From a virus: DNA of 41,278 nt. The stretch's first letter is position 1, and each line of letters begins with the position of its first letter. This document shows, piece after piece, positions 30,749 to 38,820 of the stretch. Under the pieces are notes generated by a model, which worked only from the letters and a program-made list of their open reading frames with translations, did not search any database and was not told the DNA's origin. Where the stretch lies: positions 1 to 41,278 of IMG/VR virus record IMGVR_UViG_3300045988_142835; one strand, given 5' to 3'. The position numbers were made by a program, and so were the translations under genes.

Positions 30749-31780
30749 ATGAGTTACACGATCGGGTCCCTCTTCACAGGTTACGGAGGACTCGACATCG
30801 GAGTAGCAGAAGCCCTCAACGAGGAATCAAAAGTCCTCTGGTGCTCCGACGTCGCCCCCGGCCCGAGAAAAGTCCTACCAGTCAGGGAACCAGACGCGCC
30901 CAACCTCGGCGACATCACCCAAATCAACTGGTGCGAAATCGAACCCGTCGACGTCCTCGTCGGCGGCTCCCCCTGCCAAGACCTTTCCCTAGCAGGACGC
31001 CGCGCCGGCATGCACCCCGGAACCAGGTCCGGCCTGTGGGAATCAATGCTCGGCGCAATAAACATCCTACGTCCACATCTAATTGTTTGGGAGAACGTCT
31101 ATGGGGCGCTATCGGCGTCGGCTTTTAGCCTTCTGGAATCCAGCGAGGGACATTTGGGAGTCCACGGCTGTGGACCTGCTCTCCGGGCTCTCGGACGTGT
31201 ACTCGGAGACCTTGCCTCCCATGGGTACGATGCGTGGTGGACGATTGTACGCGCTAGCGACGTCGGAGCCCCACACCGGAGAGCAAGGCTCTTCCTCGCC
31301 GCTTCCGACTCCCACCGCGAACCTTGGTACCAACGGTGGCAGCCAATGCCCTCAAAAACGTCGCGCGGGAGGACACTCACCGAATCTAGCGGACGTAGTG
31401 GAAAAGAGCTAAGGCTCCTGCCGACGCCGACGTCCTCACAGATGGACGGACGCAAATCGCCCGGGTTCTCTGGAAGCGGCTCCTTCTATGACATTGTGCA
31501 CGGCGGCAGACCTGGGATTATCCCGTACATTCGCGGGATCGTACGTTGGGAGAAAGCGTTTCGTGAAGCGCCGTACCTCACCGACGACAACGGCCGGCTT
31601 TCCACGAGCTTCGTCGAGTGGATGATGGGCCTCCCCGAAGAATGGGTGACCGCCCCGGAACTCGGACTATCCCGCCGCGAACAGCTCCAAACCTTGGGCA
31701 ACGGCGTAGTCCCACAGCAAGCAACCTACGCTATCCGCATCCTCGCCGAAATCGCGGAAGCAGTTAAGGAAGGTGAATGA
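30749..31780 (+). CDS. dcm: DNA (cytosine-5)-methyltransferase (orphan)
   Basis: Motif I FTGYGGLD, motif IV GGSPCQDLS, ENV, LGDLASHGYDAWW...GAPHRRARLF, and GNGVVP. ATG 30749 follows AAAGGAGACG. The 5' part of track ORF 30617 is upstream read-through. Confidence 0.85.
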   Translation: MSYTIGSLFTGYGGLDIGVAEALNEESKVLWCSDVAPGPRKVLPVREPDAPNLGDITQINWCEIEPVDVLVGGSPCQDLSLAGRRAGMHPGTRSGLWESMLGAINILRPHLIVWENVYGALSASAFSLLESSEGHLGVHGCGPALRALGRVLGDLASHGYDAWWTIVRASDVGAPHRRARLFLAASDSHREPWYQRWQPMPSKTSRGRTLTESSGRSGKELRLLPTPTSSQMDGRKSPGFSGSGSFYDIVHGGRPGIIPYIRGIVRWEKAFREAPYLTDDNGRLSTSFVEWMMGLPEEWVTAPELGLSRREQLQTLGNGVVPQQATYAIRILAEIAEAVKEGE

Positions 31781-32118
31781 TGCGATCCTCTGTCTCAATT
31801 CGGAAGCGTAAGTTGCCGCCCGTCAAGTTCGAGCTGCAATCCTACGACCCAATTCTGCCGCCCGAATGCCTATACGTGGAAGACCCATACACGGGCGAAT
31901 TCGTGGATTACCGATGGGTATCTACCAGGACGATCGCGTGCGCGTTCTGCGGACGAAGATTCTACCTCGGGTACAACAAACCAGGCGGGAAAACCAGGTA
32001 CAGCTGCCCCCATTGCGGCGCAGTCTTCATCCCACTTGCACACCGCTTTGTGCTCAAACGCCCGCTCGAAAACAAGAAAGGAGTCCCGCGCCATGTCTCG
32101 AAATCGCCAGTCCGCTAA
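31777..32118 (+). CDS. Hypothetical zinc-ribbon protein (113 aa)
   Basis: CAFCGRR...CPHCG pairs; ATGA overlap. Confidence 0.5.
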   Translation: MMRSSVSIRKRKLPPVKFELQSYDPILPPECLYVEDPYTGEFVDYRWVSTRTIACAFCGRRFYLGYNKPGGKTRYSCPHCGAVFIPLAHRFVLKRPLENKKGVPRHVSKSPVR

Positions 32119-32461
32119 GAAGGCAGGCTCCAGCTTCGAGCGTCTTGTCGCGGACTATCTACGTGACGCCCTAGGGGACGACCGGATCGACCGGCGTCCC
32201 CGCCACGGGGCGAAAGACCGCGGCGATATTGGCGGAGCCCAACACATGGGCGGACGCCTCGTCTTCGAATGCAAAAACACCACCAGGATCGAGCTCTCCC
32301 GCTGGCTCGCCGAAGCTGAGACCGAGCGGGGAAACGACGACGCCTTGGCGGGGATCGTCGTTCACAAACGCCGCGGCAAGGCCGCGCCGGAAGAACAATA
32401 CGTGACCATGCGGCTCGGCGACCTCGCCGCCCTACTCACAGGAGATAGAAACCATGCCTAA
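32093..32461 (+). CDS. PD-(D/E)XK Holliday-junction-resolvase-like nuclease (122 aa)
   Basis: ATG 32093 lies 8 nt after AGAAAGGAG. GSSFERLV...DRGDIGG...LVFECKNT pattern. Confidence 0.6.
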   Translation: MSRNRQSAKKAGSSFERLVADYLRDALGDDRIDRRPRHGAKDRGDIGGAQHMGGRLVFECKNTTRIELSRWLAEAETERGNDDALAGIVVHKRRGKAAPEEQYVTMRLGDLAALLTGDRNHA

Positions 32462-32717
32462 ATGCGACTACTGCGGGATTCGGGACGACATGTGCATGGA
32501 GGACGCCGACGGCACGTTCTGCATCTACTGCCGCACCCTCGCCCTAGAAATGCAGGGATACGACGTCCCGATGCCCGACGTGGAGACGATGGAGCGGTAC
32601 GCGGAGAACTGGAAAGGCGAACCGAACTATTCGGGGATCCGCTGCGCCGACTTCCTCCGCCGCCGCCGCGCCGCAAAAGACGACAAAGAACGGGAGACCA
32701 ACCATGACGATTCTTGA
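32454..32717 (+). CDS. Hypothetical Cys-rich protein (87 aa)
   Basis: CDYC...C...CIYC motifs; overlapping start. Confidence 0.5.
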   Translation: MPKCDYCGIRDDMCMEDADGTFCIYCRTLALEMQGYDVPMPDVETMERYAENWKGEPNYSGIRCADFLRRRRAAKDDKERETNHDDS

Positions 32718-33042
32718 TTCTTGGCGACGCAAGTCGAGAGGGAAGGTACGGTGCTCTCTCTGTGGGACTACCATTTCGAAAGGAGTGGAGTATCTAGTGC
32801 AGAAGACCGTCGACGCCGGAACCCTCTGGGAGGACAAAACCTGCCCGGAATGCGAGGAGGCCCTCGCCCTCTACTGGCGTCGCAACCAGGACTACTACTT
32901 CTCCTGGGACGACTTCGAGAACGCGCACGTAGAGGAGGACTTCTACGACGCTCTTCAGCACCCATCCCCGGATCTCACGGTCCGGGACGCCCGGATCATG
33001 TGCGCCTACCTCGCACGCATCGGAACGGAGGAGTACAAGTGA
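32704..33042 (+). CDS. Hypothetical zinc-ribbon protein (112 aa)
   Basis: CSLCG...CPEC pairs. Confidence 0.5.
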   Translation: MTILDSWRRKSRGKVRCSLCGTTISKGVEYLVQKTVDAGTLWEDKTCPECEEALALYWRRNQDYYFSWDDFENAHVEEDFYDALQHPSPDLTVRDARIMCAYLARIGTEEYK

Positions 33043-34031
33043 CTAGGCCTTACGCGAAGATCGACGTGCTGTGGGCTCAGTCTCCCAAATGGTTCGCCGT
33101 GGACGCCTACCTGAGAGAAGCTTTCCAGTCCGCCATGCCCGGCGCGACCAAAGCCGAAATGCAAACAGCAATGCAACTTGCATTGCAGAATGCAATGCAC
33201 CTGCATTTGGTGAGCATCCTCTACAGCGCCCAAAATATGACTGACGGCACATTTCTGGTCGCGGCAGTCAAAGGCATAGGAAGGTGTGTATACGAGGAAT
33301 CCGTAGACGCACTATTCCATAGCGGACTCTGGGAGAACCTTCCCGGCGGACTGGCGCAAGTACACGACTATCTCGACTATCAGACATCCGCGAAAGCCCG
33401 GAAAGAAGCCTCCGAACGAGGCAGAAAAAAGGCCGAAAGCAGATGGTCTCAAAAAAACTCCGATGCAGACTGCAATGCAAACAGCAATGCAAACTGCAAT
33501 GGTAAGAATAAGAATAAGAATATATATGTAGTAGATACTGACGTATCTACTACGTTAAACGTTCAAGATTCGCCTTCGGAGCCGAAACCAGCCGAGACGC
33601 CCACACCCGATCCCGAGCCCGAACCACGCCCCGACGTCGACGCCGTGATCGACGCCTTCCAGGCATCCCTCACCGCCCGAGGCGTCAAACGCGGACGCGT
33701 CACCAAGACCTGGCGGGAAGCCGCGAGGCTCATGCTCGACCGCGACGGACGCACCGTCCCCGAGATCCAGGCCCTCTGCGAATGGCTCGTCGAGGATGAC
33801 TTCTGGCGCAAAAACGTGCTCGCCCTGCCCAAGCTGCGCCAGCGCTACGACCAGCTCCGCCTCGCCATGGAAGCCCCCCGCCGTCGCGCCGACGGGACAA
33901 CAGCGCTCATGTCCCGAGGGCAACGCGCCGCCCTCGCAGACTTCCAGCGCTCCCGTGCCGAACGCCTCGCCCGCGAAGCAACCGCCCCCACCCAGCTGCT
34001 ACTCGGCCCCGCAGGAGGCGACGCCGCATGA
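33039..34031 (+). CDS. Putative replication initiator / replisome organiser (330 aa)
   Basis: GTGA-coupled start. Two domains joined by a low-complexity linker (CNANSNANCNGKNKNKNIYVV) encoded by an iteron/AT-rich DNA segment. Function inferred from this lambda-O-like layout. Confidence 0.45.
   Translation: MTRPYAKIDVLWAQSPKWFAVDAYLREAFQSAMPGATKAEMQTAMQLALQNAMHLHLVSILYSAQNMTDGTFLVAAVKGIGRCVYEESVDALFHSGLWENLPGGLAQVHDYLDYQTSAKARKEASERGRKKAESRWSQKNSDADCNANSNANCNGKNKNKNIYVVDTDVSTTLNVQDSPSEPKPAETPTPDPEPEPRPDVDAVIDAFQASLTARGVKRGRVTKTWREAARLMLDRDGRTVPEIQALCEWLVEDDFWRKNVLALPKLRQRYDQLRLAMEAPRRRADGTTALMSRGQRAALADFQRSRAERLAREATAPTQLLLGPAGGDAA
33158..33553. repeat. Candidate origin of replication: two iteron clusters, AT-rich tract, 11-bp inverted repeat
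   Basis: 12-mers ACAGCAATGCAA (33165-76, 33481-92), ACTGCAATGCAA (33469-80), ACTGCAATGGTA (33493-504), and inverted CTTGCATTGCAG (33177-88). Then AGAATA x3 plus TATATATG, and GTAGTAGATAC tgac GTATCTACTAC (33528-53). Confidence 0.55.
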
Positions 34032-34600
34032 GCATCCTCGATCGCATCTGCACGCAAGCCGCCGCCGCCGGAATCGCCCCGACCGCGCCGATCGACGCCG
34101 AGGGCATGAGCGTGATCCTCACGAAAGCCGAAAACCTCGGGCTTCTCGTCTACCGGCCCGGCATGCACGAGGACTGGCTGGACTCGCTCAAGCTCTGGGT
34201 CCACGAGCACCACGAGGCCCCATGGACCTTCCGGGCAGTCGCCGCCGCCGTCCTCCAGCTCAGCGTCGACGCCGAGCAAGGCTTCATCCGGCCCCGCCAG
34301 CTGTGGACCGCCGTCGCCACCTGGCAACGCCGCAACCTCAAAGCCGCCCTCAAGGGCTCCCACGGCCCCGAGATCCCGCCCGAGCTCGGCGGCAACGTCA
34401 GGGCCGAGCTCGCCTACCGGCAAGCCTGGACCCGCGCCGCCGCCACCACCGGAAACCGCGACCAAGCCACCACCACCGCACGCAAAACCGCCGGGCTCCC
34501 AGCAGCCGCCCCCCAACTTCAAACCGCCCCGGCACCCGCCGGAATCACCACCCGCCTAGCCCAGCTAGGCACCAACCTCACGAAGGAGAACAAGAAATGA
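34028..34600 (+). CDS. Hypothetical protein (190 aa), replication-module position
   Basis: ATGA overlap with the initiator-like gene. No NTPase motif seen. Confidence 0.5.
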   Translation: MSILDRICTQAAAAGIAPTAPIDAEGMSVILTKAENLGLLVYRPGMHEDWLDSLKLWVHEHHEAPWTFRAVAAAVLQLSVDAEQGFIRPRQLWTAVATWQRRNLKAALKGSHGPEIPPELGGNVRAELAYRQAWTRAAATTGNRDQATTTARKTAGLPAAAPQLQTAPAPAGITTRLAQLGTNLTKENKK

Positions 34601-35100
34601 CCGCAACCGTAACCGTCACCGGCAACGTCGGGCAAGACCCCGAAATCCGGTACACGCAGACCGGCAAAGCCGTATGCACCCTCAGCGTCGCCGCAACCCC
34701 CCGCAAACAAACCCCCGCCGGGGACTGGGACGACGACGGCGAGCCCCTGTGGCTCCGAGCCGACTTCTGGGAGCGCGACGCCGAGACCGTCGCCGACGCC
34801 GTGCGCCGAGGCGACCGGATCACCCTCGCCGGAACCCTCGCCCTCGACGCCTGGCAGGGCACCGACGGGCAGCGCCGGGAAACCCTCGCCCTCCGCCGAG
34901 CGAAGTTCCTCGGCATCGTCCCCCGCCCCGGAAACGCCCCTCAGGCTTCGCAGGAGCCGTTCTCAGCCACGAACAGGGCCGGAGGGTACCCCGGTGCCAA
35001 CAGCGCCGGGAACGCCCCTCAGAACGCCGCACAGGCGTTGCCCGGCGAATGGGGACAACCCAGCCCCCGCGGCTACGACCAATCCCGAGCCCCGTTCTAA
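34597..35100 (+). CDS. ssb: Single-stranded DNA-binding protein
   Basis: MTATVTVTGNVGQDPEIRYTQTGKAVCTLSVAATPR OB-fold start, Gly/Pro/Gln-rich tail ending RAPF. Only the last 167 codons of track ORF 33796..35100 are real. Confidence 0.85.
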   Translation: MTATVTVTGNVGQDPEIRYTQTGKAVCTLSVAATPRKQTPAGDWDDDGEPLWLRADFWERDAETVADAVRRGDRITLAGTLALDAWQGTDGQRRETLALRRAKFLGIVPRPGNAPQASQEPFSATNRAGGYPGANSAGNAPQNAAQALPGEWGQPSPRGYDQSRAPF

Positions 35101-35155
35101 GCGTCAGACGTTGCTCCCGAGACAAAACTTTTCCAACCCAAGCTAGGAGACCAGA

Positions 35156-35530
35156 ATGACCACATCCACCTCGAAACCCACAGCTGAGCAAAACGAAGAT
35201 ACCCGTAGCGTGGACGTGAGCGGCGACGAGTACACCGCAAGCGGCCCCTACGAGCGCGAGACCGTGATCACCACCAGCGACGGCGACGAACTCGTCACCA
35301 TCGAAACCTGGCAGCGCGGCTACCTCGGCAAACTCCGCCGCGACCACCGCTTCACCGAAAAGCCCGGCGGAACCGACGCCCACGGCGTCTTCACCATCCC
35401 CCGCAACCGATGGACCCCGACCGGAGGCGCGAAACGCTCCGTCAAACTCACCGAGGAGCAAAAAGCCCGGGTGGCAGAGCGACTGAAATCCGCACGAGCC
35501 AAACTCCCCACCTCCGCCACCGACAACTAA
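35156..35530 (+). CDS. Hypothetical protein (124 aa)
   Basis: SD TAGGAGAC upstream. Confidence 0.55.
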   Translation: MTTSTSKPTAEQNEDTRSVDVSGDEYTASGPYERETVITTSDGDELVTIETWQRGYLGKLRRDHRFTEKPGGTDAHGVFTIPRNRWTPTGGAKRSVKLTEEQKARVAERLKSARAKLPTSATDN

Positions 35531-35553
35531 TCCAACACGAAAGGAAAACTACA

Positions 35554-36060
35554 ATGGAATATGCGATGATCCTCCCCGACGAACCCGAAGGTCGCCTCTG
35601 GGACGGGCGCGGCCGCGAATGGGAACGCTGGTTCGACGGCTTCTGGCGGCTAGTAGGCCCCGACGACATGTGCCCTACACGGTGGAGAAACCTCCTCAAA
35701 TCGGAAGGCACGCTCTACGACGCCCCGCCCCATGAGTCCACGTGGAAGGACGTAGACGCCAACCGCGCCTACTTCGCCGAGATCGACATCCTCGACGACG
35801 GGAACGACCCCCTCCGTGTCAAAGGTCTATTCACCTCCGTCGACGGGGAAAGCCTCACCTCCGCATCCGGGAAAATCTACAAGCGAGGTGAAGCGATCGT
35901 CGTTTCCCTCCACGAGTACGGGAACAAGGAATACGAAGAGCTCGCCCGTCGCGTCCTCGACATTCAACTACCATCGCCGGGCTACGCCTGGACCTTCGAC
36001 AATGTAAAAGAAGGCTTCGCGACCATCGCCGCGATTCAACGCGACCTGACACGCCCCTAA
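35554..36060 (+). CDS. Hypothetical protein (168 aa), member of a local paralog set
   Basis: ATG 35554 follows GAAAGGAAAAC. The N-terminus ILPDEPEGRLWDGRGRE resembles 36743..37288. The C-terminus resembles 36331..36600. Confidence 0.6.
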   Translation: MEYAMILPDEPEGRLWDGRGREWERWFDGFWRLVGPDDMCPTRWRNLLKSEGTLYDAPPHESTWKDVDANRAYFAEIDILDDGNDPLRVKGLFTSVDGESLTSASGKIYKRGEAIVVSLHEYGNKEYEELARRVLDIQLPSPGYAWTFDNVKEGFATIAAIQRDLTRP

Positions 36061-36091
36061 CCACTACCAAAACGAAAGAAGGAACTGGGAA

Positions 36092-36331
36092 ATGAAACTA
36101 GCGAACATCACGCTCGCGAACGGCGACGTCGCCACACCACTACCCGAAGCACGGTGCATTGCCTGCGATACCCGTAATTGCGTCACCGTCGACAAAATCA
36201 TCTCCGACTTCCCCGACGCCGCAGTATCCGGTCACGGCGCAATCCCAGCCCACAAGGAAACGCTCATCCGCTGCCTCGACTGCGGCGAGGAAGAGCCCCT
36301 CCGACTCCACCTGAAAGGAACCGAGAAGTAA
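36092..36331 (+). CDS. Hypothetical zinc-ribbon protein (79 aa)
   Basis: CIAC...C and CLDCG motifs. Confidence 0.5.
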   Translation: MKLANITLANGDVATPLPEARCIACDTRNCVTVDKIISDFPDAAVSGHGAIPAHKETLIRCLDCGEEEPLRLHLKGTEK

Positions 36332-36600
36332 TGATCACGGTAACCGAGGTGCGCGCCGAGCTCCGCCGCGCCGTCGCATACGGGGAGAGTCTACGGGCAA
36401 TCAGCCCCGAGCACGATCGAGCTCTCGCATGCGCTAGGCGCACCCTCGAAATCGTCGACGAATACGAGCAGTTGGTCCACCGCCTGCTCGATATCGACCT
36501 GCCAGCAACAGGGCCAGGCACCGTCTATGACTTCGTCGACGACGCAAGCGCAATCGAAGCAATAGCCGAACTCCAAAGGGACTACCGGTGGAAACCGTAA
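36331..36600 (+). CDS. Hypothetical protein (89 aa)
   Basis: TAATG coupling. RLLDIDLPATGPGTVYDFVDDASAIEAIAELQRD matches the C-terminus of 35554..36060. Confidence 0.55.
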   Translation: MITVTEVRAELRRAVAYGESLRAISPEHDRALACARRTLEIVDEYEQLVHRLLDIDLPATGPGTVYDFVDDASAIEAIAELQRDYRWKP

Positions 36601-36746
36601 TACCTCCCATATGGGACTGCCCAGCCTGCACCAAATGTGCAGGCTGCGGACAGCCCGTCACACTCACATGGACCCAATCATGTATGGGACAATTAATCTA
36701 CCACTACGACTGCTACCAGGCAGCAAAGAAAGGAAAACAACAATGA
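36588..36746 (+). CDS. Small Cys-rich protein (52 aa, below the ORF-track cutoff)
   Basis: GTG 36588 lies 6 nt after AAAGGGA. Product VETVIPPIWDCPACTKCAGCGQPVTLTWTQSCMGQLIYHYDCYQAAKKGKQQ. Stop overlaps the next ATG as ATGA and fills an otherwise empty 140-nt gap. Confidence 0.5.
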   Translation: METVIPPIWDCPACTKCAGCGQPVTLTWTQSCMGQLIYHYDCYQAAKKGKQQ

Positions 36747-37288
36747 AATACCAAGCCAACATCCCACAAGAACCCGACGGGCCACTATGGGACCAAGATG
36801 GAAGAAAATACGTCAAACTAGAAGCGGGACACATATCCGCAAAAAACGGATACCGCGTATGGGAACTTGTTGCCCCAACAGAAAGGGAAACCCCCTACTA
36901 CACCTGGGCAGAACTCATCACAAGCGTTGACTACCTCCGAGACAACGCCCAAGCCGTCGAAAACTGGCAGAAGGCCAAAATCGGCGGGCTCTATTGGGCC
37001 GAAGGAAAAGAAGGCGGATTCCTACGCGACGTGAAAGGCGTCGCCATCGCCACCAAGAACCGAACCCTCCGCGTCCCCTCCACTCGTGACGTCTTCGACG
37101 ACGGCATACTCGGCGAAGACGACCAAGACAACTTCTACGAAGTAACTCCCGTACTCGCCGTACCCGCCGACGACCTCATCAAACTATTCTCCACCGACGA
37201 AGAACCGACAATCGACCACCTCCAAGCCAAAATATACGACTGGCTAGAAGACCACCCACAAGTCCACTGGGAGGAACGCTCCAAATGA
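36743..37288 (+). CDS. Hypothetical protein (181 aa), paralog-set member
   Basis: ATG 36743 follows GAAAGGAAAAC. N-terminus NIPQEPDGPLWDQDGRK. Confidence 0.6.
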   Translation: MKYQANIPQEPDGPLWDQDGRKYVKLEAGHISAKNGYRVWELVAPTERETPYYTWAELITSVDYLRDNAQAVENWQKAKIGGLYWAEGKEGGFLRDVKGVAIATKNRTLRVPSTRDVFDDGILGEDDQDNFYEVTPVLAVPADDLIKLFSTDEEPTIDHLQAKIYDWLEDHPQVHWEERSK

Positions 37289-37560
37289 AACTATCAACCC
37301 TCATCGCTTCACTCCAACGTGATCTTGATACGCGCGGAGACGTCGACGTCGCCATCCTCCTCGCCGCAGCAACCCACGACGAAACCAACGGGGACTCCAC
37401 CCCCTTCTTCATCTGGGCATACCTCGTCTACGCGTTCGGAGTAGGGATCGTCCTCTGCGACACCCCAGACAAGGACGTGACCCGCGACTGCACCATACAT
37501 AAAGAAATAAGAGACACCCGCTACTGCGACGGCGTTGTCTACGAGAAAGGAAACAAATGA
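37285..37560 (+). CDS. Hypothetical protein (91 aa)
   Basis: ATGA overlap. Central hydrophobic stretch FFIWAYLVYAFGVGIVL. Confidence 0.5.
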   Translation: MKLSTLIASLQRDLDTRGDVDVAILLAAATHDETNGDSTPFFIWAYLVYAFGVGIVLCDTPDKDVTRDCTIHKEIRDTRYCDGVVYEKGNK

Positions 37561-37811
37561 CAGCGCAAATACCCAACTTCGACATAGAAGAACCAGACGG
37601 CGAAGAAATGAAAGCCTTCGCCGACCGGATAGCAAAACACCGGAACCCAGGTTGCCAGGCCGCATCCTACGTCTTCCTAGTCGATGCCGAATGGCTCGAC
37701 GCCGACGGCGAATCCTACAACGACCTCGTAGCCGCCAGAGGCGGCTCCGTATACGCATGCGAAGGACTCGCCCACGCCTACCTCCGCACCGCACGCGAGG
37801 ACGAAGACTAA
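37557..37811 (+). CDS. Hypothetical acidic protein (84 aa)
   Basis: ATGA overlap. Confidence 0.5.
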   Translation: MTAQIPNFDIEEPDGEEMKAFADRIAKHRNPGCQAASYVFLVDAEWLDADGESYNDLVAARGGSVYACEGLAHAYLRTAREDED

Positions 37812-37821
37812 ACAGACCGGC

Positions 37822-38037
37822 ATGATCCATCTCGTACCAGTCGGGGAGGCGCACCTGCACAGCAAACAAGAATGCAGGTGCGCCCCCACCATCACGCAAC
37901 GCACCAACGATCGAGGCGACTATCCCGTCGCCCACCACCACCACCTGAAAGACCCACACACATGGAAAACCCCACACCAACCCGAGAACTCCTCCAACAA
38001 ATCACCCAAATGGAACGCGCCCTCCCCGACGCCTTAA
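37822..38037 (+). CDS. Small His/Cys protein (HxxxxxCxCxP...HHHH), 3' end uncertain
   Basis: MIHLVPVGEAHLHSKQECRCAPTI...VAHHHH resembles a recurrent small actinophage protein. The last 25 codons overlap the next gene. Confidence 0.4.
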   Translation: MIHLVPVGEAHLHSKQECRCAPTITQRTNDRGDYPVAHHHHLKDPHTWKTPHQPENSSNKSPKWNAPSPTP

Positions 38038-38678
38038 CCTCAATCCTCGACCTCCACGCCATCCCAATCAACAGCGGCGGAGGACACGGCAATGGAAGCG
38101 ACGGGACCCCCGACCCGGTAGGATCCATCGTCCACCAGGCAATCCAGACGCGAGGAATCCTCACCCCGCTAGACGACCTCGCCGTCGAATGGGCCGTCAC
38201 CAAAGGGGAAAAACCGAAAGGCCCCGCATCCGTCTACCTCGCATCCCGCATCGACTGGGCCAAGAAACAATGGCCCGGCTACGACGTCGCCGAGCAAACC
38301 ATCCGCGACGTGCACGCACGCCTAGCCAAAATCACCGGATGGTCCGCCGACGTCGGCGACCGCCACTGCCCCTACTGCAACCGCGCCCTAACCCGCCAAC
38401 CCGACGACGACGGACTACCCGACGTGTGGACCTGCACCCGATGCGACCGAGCCTGGCTCATCACCACCGAACACGACGGGCTGCTCGACACGCAGCGAGC
38501 CATGCTCGCAGAACAAGACGCATGGGTCAGCAAAGCCGACGCATGCACCATCCTCAACACCACCCCACACCGCATCGCCGTATGGGTCAACAGAGGAAAG
38601 ATCAAGGTGAAGCAAGGGAAGATCAACCTCAAAGAATGCTCTGCACTCTTACGGAAAGACACACCAGCCGCAGCTTGA
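37962..38678 (+). CDS. Zn-ribbon plus C-terminal HTH protein (238 aa), late-gene regulator candidate
   Basis: Start MENPTPTRELL. HCPYCNRAL...WTCTRCDRAW zinc ribbon; VSKADACTILNTTPHRIAVWVNRGKI HTH. Last early gene before the promoter/hairpin region. Confidence 0.55.
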   Translation: MENPTPTRELLQQITQMERALPDALTSILDLHAIPINSGGGHGNGSDGTPDPVGSIVHQAIQTRGILTPLDDLAVEWAVTKGEKPKGPASVYLASRIDWAKKQWPGYDVAEQTIRDVHARLAKITGWSADVGDRHCPYCNRALTRQPDDDGLPDVWTCTRCDRAWLITTEHDGLLDTQRAMLAEQDAWVSKADACTILNTTPHRIAVWVNRGKIKVKQGKINLKECSALLRKDTPAAA

Positions 38679-38716
38679 CTAACAACGTCATAGTGTGAGA
38701 CACTTTAACCGAACAA

Positions 38717-38755
38717 CTGTACCCGCCAGGCGACCTCCACACCCGGCGGGTACAG
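38717..38755 (+). terminator. Stem-loop after the early operon (11-bp stem, 17-nt loop)
   Basis: CTGTACCCGCC ... GGCGGGTACAG. No T-run. Confidence 0.4.
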
Positions 38756-38762
38756 TCATACC

Positions 38763-38820
38763 TAGACTCCGCAGTCGGGGACACACACCACAATCCCATA
38801 ACCCGGTCCCCGGACTGCGG
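38763..38820 (+). promoter_or_regulatory. -10-like TAGACT followed immediately by a 14-bp bulged hairpin (late control region candidate)
   Basis: TAGACT 38763-68 with no recognisable -35. CCGCAGTCGGGGAC (38769-82) pairs with GTCCCCgGACTGCGG (38806-20). Confidence 0.35.

Noticed and set aside
31083-31296. Upstream half of the +1-frame ORF inside dcm (..SETLPPMGTMRGGRLYALATSEPHTGEQGSS) as a second genuine coding layer
   Set aside because: This stretch overlaps the unmistakable main-frame motifs LGDLASHGYDAWW and GAPHRRARLF. An open alternate frame of this length is common at this GC content. Only the part from about 31297 onward is reported as anomalous.
33796-34596. N-terminal 267 codons of the 434-aa ORF 33796..35100
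   Set aside because: This is a Pro/Arg-rich alternate frame of genes 33039..34031 and 34028..34600. Only the part from ATG 34597 (SSB), which has an SD and an OB-fold sequence, is credible.
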